Notes: a model not told the origin generated them from the letters alone. A stretch of DNA of 63,910 nt, filler included, from 4 parts of 4 records of this genome joined end to end with filler, not necessarily neighbours in it, one strand, 5' to 3'. Shown: positions 50,490-58,862, numbered from the whole stretch's first letter. Numbers and translations: made by a program.

Positions 50490-50540
50490 TGCTTTTCGCT
50501 TAGACCTTGAGATTTACCTGCTGATCGCTTATCACTTGAT
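50477..50540 (+). repeat. Inverted heptamer array, right flank of the four-helix-bundle gene
   Basis: ACTTAAA GCCTAGT GCTTTTC GCTTAGA CCTTGAG ... GCTGATC GCTTATC ACTTGAT, the complement of the left nnnAAGC units. Confidence 0.75.
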
Positions 50541-51885
50541 GCCCACGAAACGCCAGTTGAGCCACGACCGCCGGGTTTTTGTTTACGCGCTTTTGGCGGG
50601 ACTGCCGGCGATCATTCTTGGGCTCGTGCTTCTTTGGAACGGGGATTTCTCCGATCTGACGAAGGGGGTGTTTTCCTTTCTCGTGTTAGCGTTCTGGCTT
50701 GGCGGGGCTTCCACCGCGCGGATGCGTGTGGTGCGTCCGCTTCAAGTGTTGGCCAACCTACTCTCGGCCCTGCGCGAAGGTGATTTTTCGATTCGCGCCC
50801 GCGAAGGAAACCGCAGCAATGCTTGGGGCGACGTGGCCGCGGAAATCAACACGCTCAGCAACACCCTCCACGATCAGCGATTGGAGGTTTTGGAAACCAC
50901 GGCCCTGTTAAGCAAGATCATGGAAGAGATCGAAGTCGCCATCATCGCCTTCGATAAGGACGACCGTGTGCTGCTCGCCAATCGCGCGGCTCAGGACCTC
51001 GTGGATCTTCCCCGTCTGCGCCTCGTGGGGCAAACCGCTGACCAAGTGGGATTGAGCGAATGCCTGATCGGCAAACCCACCCGCATGCTTGAGATCAGTT
51101 TTCCGGGGAAAGCGGGTCGCTGGGGCATGCGCCGCACCGGATTTCGCGACGGCGGCCGTCCGCATCAACTCGTCGTCATCAGCGATCTGAGTCGCGCGCT
51201 CCGCGAAGAGGAAGTGAAAGCCTGGCAACGTCTCGTGCGCGTGCTCGGCCACGAGCTCAACAATTCGCTCGCACCGATCAAATCGCTCGCCGGTAGCCTT
51301 CGTCATATCCTGCGGGTTGATTCACGGGCCAGCGATTGGGAAAGCGATATGACGTCAGGCTTGGAAATCATCGAAACACGGGCTGATGGACTCAGCAAAT
51401 TCATGGAGGCCTACGCGACCCTCGCCAAACTACCGCCGCCTAAATTGGCTACCTTCGCAATCGCACCACTTATCAAACGCATCGCCACTCTGGAAAACCG
51501 ACTGCCCGTCACGGTGAACGAGGGCGTTGAAATTTCCCCACGGGGCGATGCCGCTCAAATCGAACAGGCCCTCATTAATCTGCTCTCCAACGCAGCCGAA
51601 GCCGCCCTGGAAGCTCATGAAGATAACCCCACCGAAGCCGCTGTCTCCATCTGTTGGAGCAAACAGCGATCGAATCTGGAAATCATCATCACCGACAACG
51701 GACCCGGTCTCGCCAGTGACGCCAATCTCTTCGTGCCCTTCTTCACCACCAAACCCAGTGGCACTGGAATCGGGCTCGTGCTTTGCCGCCAAATCGCCGA
51801 ACAACACGGCGGCGAACTCACCCTCGAGAATCGCGCCGACGCCTGCGGCTGCCGGGCAACCCTGCGCTTACCCCTCCAAGCCTAA
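50539..51885 (+). CDS. Sensor histidine kinase (NtrY-like, PAS-like region and HATPase)
   Basis: Two transmembrane helices, HELNN H-box, NL..NA, DNGPG, FFTTK and GTGIGL. Confidence 0.93.
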   Translation: MPTKRQLSHDRRVFVYALLAGLPAIILGLVLLWNGDFSDLTKGVFSFLVLAFWLGGASTARMRVVRPLQVLANLLSALREGDFSIRAREGNRSNAWGDVAAEINTLSNTLHDQRLEVLETTALLSKIMEEIEVAIIAFDKDDRVLLANRAAQDLVDLPRLRLVGQTADQVGLSECLIGKPTRMLEISFPGKAGRWGMRRTGFRDGGRPHQLVVISDLSRALREEEVKAWQRLVRVLGHELNNSLAPIKSLAGSLRHILRVDSRASDWESDMTSGLEIIETRADGLSKFMEAYATLAKLPPPKLATFAIAPLIKRIATLENRLPVTVNEGVEISPRGDAAQIEQALINLLSNAAEAALEAHEDNPTEAAVSICWSKQRSNLEIIITDNGPGLASDANLFVPFFTTKPSGTGIGLVLCRQIAEQHGGELTLENRADACGCRATLRLPLQA

Positions 51886-51914
51886 GAAGCCGTGAAAGGA
51901 AGTCCTCGCTACAC

Positions 51915-51943
51915 GGTGGGCGGGCACGTCCCTGTGCCCGCCG
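51915..51943. repeat. REP-like hairpin at the contig end
   Basis: GTGG followed by the GGCGGGCAC-GTCCCT-GTGCCCGCC stem. Confidence 0.55.
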
Positions 51944-52043
51944 NNNNNNNNNNNNNNNNNNNNNNNNNNNNNNNNNNNNNNNNNNNNTTAATTAATTAAN
52001 NNNNNNNNNNNNNNNNNNNNNNNNNNNNNNNNNNNNNNNNNNN
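51944..52043. other. Artificial contig spacer
   Basis: N run with the TTAATTAATTAA linker. Confidence 0.99.
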
Positions 52044-52068
52044 CGATCCAGATCAGGAGGCTTTGACC

Positions 52069-52974
52069 ATGGCCCAGGTGCCGACCTTCACCGCGAACCA
52101 GTTGCAGGTCATCAAATCGACCGTGGCAAAGGACACGAACCACATCGAGTTCGACCTGTTCATGGAAGCCTGCAAGGCCTACGGGCTGGACCCATTCCGC
52201 AAGCAGATCCACGCCGTCGTCTATTCGAAGGACAACGCGGAGCGCCGCAAGATGACGATCATCGTCTCACGCGACGGCCTGCGGGTTCTGGCGAGCCGCA
52301 GCGGCGACTACCGCCCGGCCAGCGAGCCTGCCGAGATCGTGACCGACGAGGCGCTGAAAGGCCCGACGAACCCGAAGGGCATCGTCATGGCCCGCGTCTA
52401 CCTGTGGAAGCAGGACAAGCGCGGCGAGTGGTTCAAGGTGGCGGGCGAGGCCTATTGGGACGAGTTCGCGCCGGTTGCTGACGAGTGGGCCTATGATCAG
52501 GCGCAAGGGAAGCGCGCGCCGACCGGCAGGAAGATCCTCGACCAGAGCGGCAACTGGGCCAAGATGCCGACCCTGATGATCGCCAAGTGCGCCGAGAGCC
52601 AAGCCCTGCGCGCGGGCTGGCCTGAGACATTCAGCGGCGTCTATGCCGAGGAGGAAATGGATCGCGTGACGGCGCAGGACACCGCCTCCGCCGCGCTGGA
52701 GCGCTACGAGCATGAGGAGCGCATGAAGCGCGCCGGGACCGGCCTGCTGATGGTGTTCGACGCCACGACGAGCAAGCTGGAGCAGGTTCCCCTTGGCAGC
52801 GTGGCGGATCGCTGCCTCGAATTCATCCGGGCGTCTGACCCGGTTGAGGTCCACGCCTTCCGCATCCGCAACGAGCAGAGCCTTCGCCAGTTCTGGGCGC
52901 ACAACCCGACCGATGCGCTGGAGGTGAAGAAGGCTATCGAGGCGAAGGAGCGCCTTCTGGGGGCCGCCGCATGA
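52069..52974 (+). CDS. bet: Phage single-strand annealing protein, Bet/RecT family
   Basis: GLDPF.KQI, DGLR..A.R, W..MP..M..KCAESQALR.GWP and GVY..EEM motifs; alternative TTG start at 52063. Confidence 0.9.
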   Translation: MAQVPTFTANQLQVIKSTVAKDTNHIEFDLFMEACKAYGLDPFRKQIHAVVYSKDNAERRKMTIIVSRDGLRVLASRSGDYRPASEPAEIVTDEALKGPTNPKGIVMARVYLWKQDKRGEWFKVAGEAYWDEFAPVADEWAYDQAQGKRAPTGRKILDQSGNWAKMPTLMIAKCAESQALRAGWPETFSGVYAEEEMDRVTAQDTASAALERYEHEERMKRAGTGLLMVFDATTSKLEQVPLGSVADRCLEFIRASDPVEVHAFRIRNEQSLRQFWAHNPTDALEVKKAIEAKERLLGAAA

Positions 52975-53165
52975 CCGCCCGCCTCGACAAGAAGGCCCTG
53001 TCCTGGCTCCGCCTCGCCGTCCACACCCACGGCTACACCAGCGAGAGATTGGCCGTGGACTGGTGCGCCGAGGCTCTTGTCGCGGACGGGCACGAGAGGA
53101 AGGACGCCGAGCGCGCCGCGCAGAAGGCGTGGGATCAGCACTTCGAGGTGTGGGGATCGGCATGA
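52971..53165 (+). CDS. Phage hypothetical protein
   Basis: ATGA overlaps at both ends. Confidence 0.7.
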   Translation: MTARLDKKALSWLRLAVHTHGYTSERLAVDWCAEALVADGHERKDAERAAQKAWDQHFEVWGSA

Positions 53166-53671
53166 GTGGCTACCGCGCCCGCGTCATCGGTCCCGGCGTC
53201 GTCCGCATCCTGGCGAACAACGCGCCGGATCTGGTCGAAGGCGAAACCGTCTTCATCAGCATCGAGCGGGTGCGGAGCGAGAACAGCCACCGGCACCAGT
53301 TTGCATGGATCAAGGATGCGTGGGCCAACCTGCCAGAGGCCGAGGCAATGCAGCCGTGGGCCGAGACCCCGGAAACGCTGCGCAAGCACGCCCTGATCGC
53401 GACCGGGTTCCACCGGCTCTACACGCTCGACTGCGGCAACAAGGCTGCGGCGCAGCGCGTCAGGGCCGAGCTGATCAGGGCCGAGACCAAGGCCGAGGGC
53501 TACGCGGTCGGGCAGGTCGTTGGCCCCGTGGTGCGCATCTGGACGCCGGAAAGCCAGTCCTACCGCGCCATGGGGAAGGAGCGCTTCCAAGAGAGCAAAG
53601 AGGCCATTCTGGGCTGGATCGCCGCGAAGATCGGCGTGCCGCCCGAGGAGATCAGGAGGAACGCAGCATGA
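53162..53671 (+). CDS. Phage protein, possibly NinB/DUF1367-like
   Basis: RS..SHR..FA, ETLRK and S.SY..M..E.F pattern; ATGA coupling. Confidence 0.6.
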   Translation: MSGYRARVIGPGVVRILANNAPDLVEGETVFISIERVRSENSHRHQFAWIKDAWANLPEAEAMQPWAETPETLRKHALIATGFHRLYTLDCGNKAAAQRVRAELIRAETKAEGYAVGQVVGPVVRIWTPESQSYRAMGKERFQESKEAILGWIAAKIGVPPEEIRRNAA

Positions 53672-54078
53672 GCTTTCAAAGCGAGATCACCGTGAAGTCC
53701 GGGCGCAAGGCCCATCACTGCGATTACTGCGGCGGCACGATCCCGAAGGGCGCGCCTAGCGTTAAATCCGCGCAGATCTGGGAAGGCGATTTCTACGCCA
53801 ATCGTGGGCACGTCGATTGCGTCGCCCTGTGGCGTCACGCCTTCCACGACCACGGAGACCCGCGGGAGGGCATGGGGATCGATCTTTCCGAGGCCATCGG
53901 TGGCGACGAATGCCGGGAGATCAAGCAAGCGTGCTTCGACGCCTACCGTGGGCACTTCCCGCATGCGATCTGCCGTCTCGAATTGCGCTGGCAGCGCGGG
54001 GACATCCAGCGCCGGGATCGCTATCGCGCGGAAGGACGGGATCCTGACCAGGAAGATTCCCCGGAGGTTTACGCATGA
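53668..54078 (+). CDS. Phage zinc-finger protein
   Basis: RK.H.CDYC...I.KG and H.DC; AGGAGG ribosome-binding site. Confidence 0.7.
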   Translation: MSFQSEITVKSGRKAHHCDYCGGTIPKGAPSVKSAQIWEGDFYANRGHVDCVALWRHAFHDHGDPREGMGIDLSEAIGGDECREIKQACFDAYRGHFPHAICRLELRWQRGDIQRRDRYRAEGRDPDQEDSPEVYA

Positions 54079-54281
54079 CCCACCCCTCCCGCTACGTCGA
54101 GCAACCGAACCCCGCCGCCGCGTCCTGCTGGGGCAAGGAGCGGTTCGACACATGGACCATGGCCGACCGGGCCATCACGCGCAAGCGGACGGCGCAGCGC
54201 GCCCGTGGCGACGACATGGCTGCGCTGACCGCCTATCGCTGCGAGCACTGCCGTGGCTGGCATATCGCGGGGAACGGGTGA
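54075..54281 (+). CDS. Small phage zinc-ribbon protein
   Basis: C.GK.RF and YRCEHC.GWH; GGAGG ribosome-binding site. Confidence 0.7.
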   Translation: MTHPSRYVEQPNPAAASCWGKERFDTWTMADRAITRKRTAQRARGDDMAALTAYRCEHCRGWHIAGNG

Positions 54282-54670
54282 TGGCGAGAGAACTGCCCGA
54301 ATGGATCGGCCGCACCGACGAAACGCCGCCTCCCCAACGCGTCAAGGCCCGCATCATCATGGCGCAGGACGGTATCTGCGCCTGTGGCTGCGGCGTCAAG
54401 CTGGGCATGGCTGGCGAGGGGATCGAGTTTGATCACGCGCAAGCCCTGATCCTCGGCGGCGCGAATGCCGAAAGCAACCTCCGCGCCCTGCGCCGCCCGT
54501 GCCACGCCGTCAAGACCAAGGCAGACGTGCGCCAGAAAGCCACCGAGGCCCGCAAGCGCGCCAAGCACCTCGGGATCAGACCCAAGCCCGCGCGCCCTAT
54601 CCCCGGCTCCAAGGCCTCGCCATGGAAGCGCAAGATCAACGGCGGCACCGTGCCGCGATGGGAGGAATGA
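54281..54670 (+). CDS. HNH endonuclease
   Basis: CACGC, EFDH, GG....NL..L...CH..KT. Confidence 0.88.
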   Translation: MARELPEWIGRTDETPPPQRVKARIIMAQDGICACGCGVKLGMAGEGIEFDHAQALILGGANAESNLRALRRPCHAVKTKADVRQKATEARKRAKHLGIRPKPARPIPGSKASPWKRKINGGTVPRWEE

Positions 54671-55494
54671 GCATGAGCGCTGACATGTCGAAAGATGCAA
54701 TGATTGCAGTTTGGTTCTCGCACGGGGCGCCATCGGCCGTGGCTCTGAAGCTGACCGTTGAAAAATATGGGCGGCAGAATGTCCGCGCGGTGAACAACCC
54801 TGTGGCCGAAGAAGACGACGACAACCTGCGGTTCGGCCGCGAAGTTGCCGAATGGTGCGGCGTTGAAATCGAGGAGTTCCGGGCCCCGAATTGGCCGACC
54901 GCCAGCGCCGTTGATGTGTGGGATCAGCGCGGCGCTATGTCCTTCCCGCGCGGGGCGCCGTGCACCACGCACCTGAAAAAGGAAGCCCGGCAAGAATGGG
55001 AGCGAATTCACCGTCCAGATTGGCATGTCTTCGGCTTCACCGCTGAGGAAAGGGCCAGGCACGAACGATTTGTGCTGACAGAACGCGAGAACGTACTGCC
55101 CGTACTGATCGACGCCGGTATGACGAGAGCCATGTGCGCAGAGATGCTGCAAAGCGCTGGGATCAAACTGCCCCGCATCTATTCTTGGGGCTTCCCAAAC
55201 GCAAACTGCATCGGCTGTGTAAAAGCTACCAGCCCGACCTACTGGAACTTGGTTCGCCGCGTCAAGCCGGAGGTGTTTCTCCAGCGCGCAGAACAGTCCC
55301 GGCGCATTGGGGCCAAGTTGGTAAGGGTTAAGAATGTGCGGGTCTATCTGGACGAACTGGACCCGGAGGCAAAGGGTCGCCCGCTAAAGACGATGCCGGA
55401 TTGTGGCATCATGTGCGAGGAGCGCGCGGCCCCGTTGAGGTCGAAGCCCGCCCACCTCACCCCCGCCGAACAGGAGGCCCGCCATGCCCGGTGA
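54667..55494 (+). CDS. PAPS-reductase-like (PP-loop, Cys-rich) phage protein
   Basis: WFSHGAPSAVA (SxGxxS), CT..LKK, GFTAEE..R, NANCIGCVK and CGIMC. Confidence 0.75.
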   Translation: MSMSADMSKDAMIAVWFSHGAPSAVALKLTVEKYGRQNVRAVNNPVAEEDDDNLRFGREVAEWCGVEIEEFRAPNWPTASAVDVWDQRGAMSFPRGAPCTTHLKKEARQEWERIHRPDWHVFGFTAEERARHERFVLTERENVLPVLIDAGMTRAMCAEMLQSAGIKLPRIYSWGFPNANCIGCVKATSPTYWNLVRRVKPEVFLQRAEQSRRIGAKLVRVKNVRVYLDELDPEAKGRPLKTMPDCGIMCEERAAPLRSKPAHLTPAEQEARHAR

Positions 55495-55672
55495 CAGACG
55501 CTCCCTTATGCGCCTCGCCGCTGCCTTCGCCGCAATGCCCGCGGCAGATGACCTCGGCCTCTATGCCCCGCGCGCTGTTGCTCACCAGCTGCGCCGCGTG
55601 GCCGTGAAGCCTTCCCATGCCAAGCGCGCCAAGGTGAAGGCCGCCCGCAAGCAGAACCGGAGCCGCAAATGA
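55484..55672 (+). CDS. Small basic phage protein
   Basis: GGAGG ribosome-binding site; overlaps both neighbours. Confidence 0.6.
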   Translation: MPGDRRSLMRLAAAFAAMPAADDLGLYAPRAVAHQLRRVAVKPSHAKRAKVKAARKQNRSRK

Positions 55673-55872
55673 CCCGCTGCTACCACACCGAACTGCTGGC
55701 CCGGTGGCCAGACGATCCCGACCCCATCGGCACCACCCCCGGCGAGGCCTGCAACCGGGTCCAGCCTCCCGACGAGGACGCCCCTCGCGGATACCGGCCC
55801 CGCCCGTGCGGCGGCGAGATGATCGACAGCGACGGCGTGGCCGTCTGTGATGAATGTGGAGAGACGGCATGA
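55669..55872 (+). CDS. Small Cys-rich phage protein
   Basis: C..R, PCGG and CDEC; ATGA overlaps. Confidence 0.65.
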   Translation: MTRCYHTELLARWPDDPDPIGTTPGEACNRVQPPDEDAPRGYRPRPCGGEMIDSDGVAVCDECGETA

Positions 55873-56729
55873 GCGATGATATGTCGAATGAGGCGCTGGA
55901 CGCGCTGGTTTCCCGCTTCCGTGCTGGCGCTTGCGAGCCCGACGAACGCTGCCGTGACATGCGAGCATCGAGCGGATGCCATTGCGCGCACGCCGCCGAC
56001 GCCATCACCGCCCTGCGCGCCCAGATCGAGGCGCTGACGGCCCGCGCCACCGCCGCCGAGGCCGCGCTTGCCGCCGCTATGGAAGATGTCGAGGCGCACA
56101 AGATGGCGCTGCAAGTCGCCATGCGGATGCTGTCCCCGTATATGCCGGGAGACAGTCGTGCCGTGCCAGATGAGTTCGTGGCGTGCGCTGCTGTTGAATG
56201 CGGACTTGACGATGGCGACGGCAGGGTTTTCGACTGCCTGAAAGCCGCCCTCGAACCCAACCCCGCCGCACAGGACCGGGACAGCGCGCCGGCAACGCTG
56301 ACTTATCGCAATTGGCGCGGTGAGGTATCGGATCGCGTCATTATCCCGCGCCGGGTGTGGTTCGGATCGACTGAGTGGCACCCCGAACCGCAATGGCTTC
56401 TGACCGCATGGGATGTCGAGAAGAACGCCGAGCGTGACTTCGCGCTGTGCGATTTCCTCGGCAAGCCGGGCGACCGGGAGGCGCTGATCGCGGCGACGTT
56501 GGAGAGGGACAAGTTCGGCAGGCCAGTCAATCCGGCCCAGCCCCAGACTGACGCCCTCGCAGCCGTGCGCCGAGAGGCAAGGGTCGAAGTGTGGGAGGAA
56601 GTGCTTTTGTGGATGCGCGGTATTGCCAATCCGACACTGGCGCAGTCCTCGCAGGCAATGGCCCGGAACTATGTCGAGCGCATCGCCGCCATCCTTACCG
56701 CCGCCGAGAGGGAGGCAGGCCATGACTGA
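55869..56729 (+). CDS. Modular phage protein with a coiled coil and an internal WYL-like domain
   Basis: AADAI..LRA coiled coil; TYRNWRGE...R..IP and WLL.AWD.EK.A.RDF. Confidence 0.7.
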   Translation: MSDDMSNEALDALVSRFRAGACEPDERCRDMRASSGCHCAHAADAITALRAQIEALTARATAAEAALAAAMEDVEAHKMALQVAMRMLSPYMPGDSRAVPDEFVACAAVECGLDDGDGRVFDCLKAALEPNPAAQDRDSAPATLTYRNWRGEVSDRVIIPRRVWFGSTEWHPEPQWLLTAWDVEKNAERDFALCDFLGKPGDREALIAATLERDKFGRPVNPAQPQTDALAAVRREARVEVWEEVLLWMRGIANPTLAQSSQAMARNYVERIAAILTAAEREAGHD

Positions 56730-57063
56730 TGCGCCGCGCGAAATCATCCGCTTCAAGGGAGGCACTGTGTTGGAGGGCGACATACCAGGTGGCAGCCGCC
56801 TGAGGCAGTTCAGCCACGACCGCTACGTTCGCGCCAATGCGATCCCCCTCTCCGACGCGCTCGCCATCCCGGAGGTGGCGGCGCTGGTGGAGGCTCTGCG
56901 CCCGTTCGCCAAAGCAGGCGAGCTTTTCGAGCGGCAAGGCCCGCAGCGGGATTTCTACGCCCGGCTTTATAACCCGGCTGCTGGCGATGAATACGCCATC
57001 GATGAGCCGCATGTTCGCGCGGCGTTCGCCGCCGTGCGCAAGATCGAGGAGGGCCGGGGGTGA
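56722..57063 (+). CDS. Phage hypothetical protein
   Basis: MTDAP.EI...YVRA and LVEAL.PFA patterns; GGAGG ribosome-binding site. Confidence 0.7.
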   Translation: MTDAPREIIRFKGGTVLEGDIPGGSRLRQFSHDRYVRANAIPLSDALAIPEVAALVEALRPFAKAGELFERQGPQRDFYARLYNPAAGDEYAIDEPHVRAAFAAVRKIEEGRG

Positions 57064-57398
57064 TGGAGGAATTCTACATCTGCGATCTTCGCAAGAAATG
57101 GCGCGGCAAGTGGGCTATCACCTTCTGGCGCCCTAATGACGCCGGATACGCTTTCCCCCTGTCTTGGGCTGGACGCTACACGCGGCAAGCTGTGCTAGAT
57201 GGTGGCCGATACTATACCGTGCGCGAGGGCCGGTTCCTGATGCGCTTCGCTGTCCCATGCGCGGTAGCTGACGCGTTGGCGGTCCATCCGCCGCCCGGCA
57301 AGATCGACGGCGATGCAGGCCCCATTGTTCTCAATACTCCGGAGAACCGGGCGAAGCTTCGCCGCGCCGCCTTGCTGTGCCACGCAGGCCAGCCATGA
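57060..57398 (+). CDS. Phage hypothetical protein
   Basis: ITFWRP...GY...L..AG.Y pattern; overlaps the upstream gene. Confidence 0.7.
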   Translation: MMEEFYICDLRKKWRGKWAITFWRPNDAGYAFPLSWAGRYTRQAVLDGGRYYTVREGRFLMRFAVPCAVADALAVHPPPGKIDGDAGPIVLNTPENRAKLRRAALLCHAGQP

Positions 57399-57428
57399 CC
57401 GCCCGCGCCACCATATGGGAGAACTGAC

Positions 57429-57635
57429 ATGGGCTCGATCGCCAAGCTCGCCGTCAAGGACACCACGGCCGCCCAGATGCTGGACATGAGCCCGAAGGAC
57501 TTTCGCGCGCTGGTAGAGGCCGGGGCGCTGCCCCCTGCCCTCCCCATCGGCGTGCATCAGCGCTGGCTTGTGGCCGATCTGGAGGCCATCATCACCGGCA
57601 AGAAGATCCGGCCGGATACGGGGTTTGACCTGTGA
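57429..57635 (+). CDS. Putative excisionase (AlpA/MerR-like HTH)
   Basis: AA.MLDMS...F..LV..G.LP....G...RW...DL, directly upstream of int. Confidence 0.75.
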   Translation: MGSIAKLAVKDTTAAQMLDMSPKDFRALVEAGALPPALPIGVHQRWLVADLEAIITGKKIRPDTGFDL

Positions 57636-58663
57636 AGAAGACCGAGCGCCCGCATCTGGTCTGGCGAATGAGCGGCGGCAAGCGGCGCCCGTTCTTCAGG
57701 CTACGCTGGCAGGAGAATGGCAAGATGCGCGCGCGCGAGGTGCTGATCCAGGCCGAGCCGGACACGCCTGAATTCGACGCCGAATACTGGGGCTTGCGGG
57801 CGGGCCGGTCGCCGCGCCTCCACGAGAAGGCGTCTCAGACCACCTGGGCTGTGCTGGCCAAGGAATATCGCAGCTCGGCCCGGTACAAGAAGCTGGCCGC
57901 GGGGACGCGGCGCTCCTATGACCGGCACATCGAGGCCATCCTGTCGACCAACGGAGAGCGGGACGTTGCGTCGCTCACGCGCGCCCAGGTTCGCGCTGTG
58001 CATGCCAAGTATGCCGCGACCCCACGCAAGGCGGACTGGTATGTCCAGATCATCAGCCTGCTGCTGAACTTCGCCCGGAACACGCTCGACTGGAAGGTGG
58101 AGAACGTGGCCGAGGGCATCGAGCTATTCGGAAAGCAACGAGAGTTCGAGCCGTGGCCGGCATGGATGGTGGCCAAGCTTGACGAGGCGCCCGAATCGGT
58201 ACGCACCGCGGCCGAGCTGATCCTCGGCACCGGCCAGCGCCCAAACGCGGCCATCATGATGGAGCGCGGGCAGTTCCGGGGCGAGTGGGTCGAAGTGCTG
58301 GACGAGAAGGGAGGCGAGCGGTTCGAGATCTACTGCCACCCGAAGCTGCGCGCCTACGTCGAGGGCCTTCCCAAGCGTGGCCAGCATGTGCTGGCAAAGA
58401 CCCTCCGTCAGCCCCTCGGCTACGACGCCATCGAGAAGGCTTTCCGGGCCTGGCGCACCGGCCTTGGCGCGAAGGCCAAGCCCTATTCGCTGCACGGTTT
58501 GCGGAAGGTCGCGATCATCCGGCTCGCGGAGGCTGGATGCACCGACGCTCAGATCCAGGCCGTGACGAACCAGAGCGCAGAAATGGTGCGCTTCTACCGG
58601 CAGAAGGCCTCGCGCCGCCACCTGAGTCGAGCCGCAATTACCCGAGGAACGGACGGTGAATGA
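57632..58663 (+). CDS. int: Tyrosine recombinase (phage integrase)
   Basis: TGQR (Arg), EKG (Lys), HGLRK (HxxR) and FY (Tyr); lies next to a tRNA end. Confidence 0.93.
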   Translation: MKKTERPHLVWRMSGGKRRPFFRLRWQENGKMRAREVLIQAEPDTPEFDAEYWGLRAGRSPRLHEKASQTTWAVLAKEYRSSARYKKLAAGTRRSYDRHIEAILSTNGERDVASLTRAQVRAVHAKYAATPRKADWYVQIISLLLNFARNTLDWKVENVAEGIELFGKQREFEPWPAWMVAKLDEAPESVRTAAELILGTGQRPNAAIMMERGQFRGEWVEVLDEKGGERFEIYCHPKLRAYVEGLPKRGQHVLAKTLRQPLGYDAIEKAFRAWRTGLGAKAKPYSLHGLRKVAIIRLAEAGCTDAQIQAVTNQSAEMVRFYRQKASRRHLSRAAITRGTDGE

Positions 58664-58671
58664 AACGGGAC

Positions 58672-58697
58672 GTGGTGAATAGGGGTGGTGAACAGGG
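58672..58697 (+). repeat. Tandem 13-bp direct repeat, putative integrase arm-type sites
   Basis: GTGGTGAATAGGG GTGGTGAACAGGG, with a related GGTGAAT at 58655. Confidence 0.65.
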
Positions 58698-58732
58698 CGT
58701 TTCCATCACGGGTGGAAGATCGCCTAAGTCAT

Positions 58733-58762
58733 TGGTGCCCGAGGCGAGATTCGAACTCGCAC
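58733..58762 (-). tRNA. 3' end of a tRNA, probably Leu (T-arm, acceptor stem, CCA); likely the att core; cut by the contig end
   Basis: Reverse complement reads GTGCGAGTTCGAATCTCGCCTCGGGCACCA; the anticodon is not in the window. Confidence 0.8.
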
Positions 58763-58862
58763 NNNNNNNNNNNNNNNNNNNNNNNNNNNNNNNNNNNNNN
58801 NNNNNNTTAATTAATTAANNNNNNNNNNNNNNNNNNNNNNNNNNNNNNNNNNNNNNNNNNNN
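58763..58862. other. Artificial contig spacer
   Basis: N run with the TTAATTAATTAA linker. Confidence 0.99.

Larger units (their letters stand above)
52044..58762 (+). mobile_element. Prophage fragment: early/recombination module, xis, int and att end
   Basis: Tightly coupled small same-strand ORFs with ATGA overlaps, Bet-like annealase, HNH, tyrosine integrase and a tRNA 3' end. Confidence 0.92.

Noticed and set aside
53077-53667. Long N-terminal extensions on phage ORFs (53077, 53804, 54499) as overlapping genes
   Set aside because: The true starts are marked by ATGA overlaps and ribosome-binding sites; the extensions are open frames caused by high GC.
55680-56783. 367-aa minus-strand ORF in the prophage
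   Set aside because: It shadows a well-coupled plus-strand gene series and has no recognisable domain.
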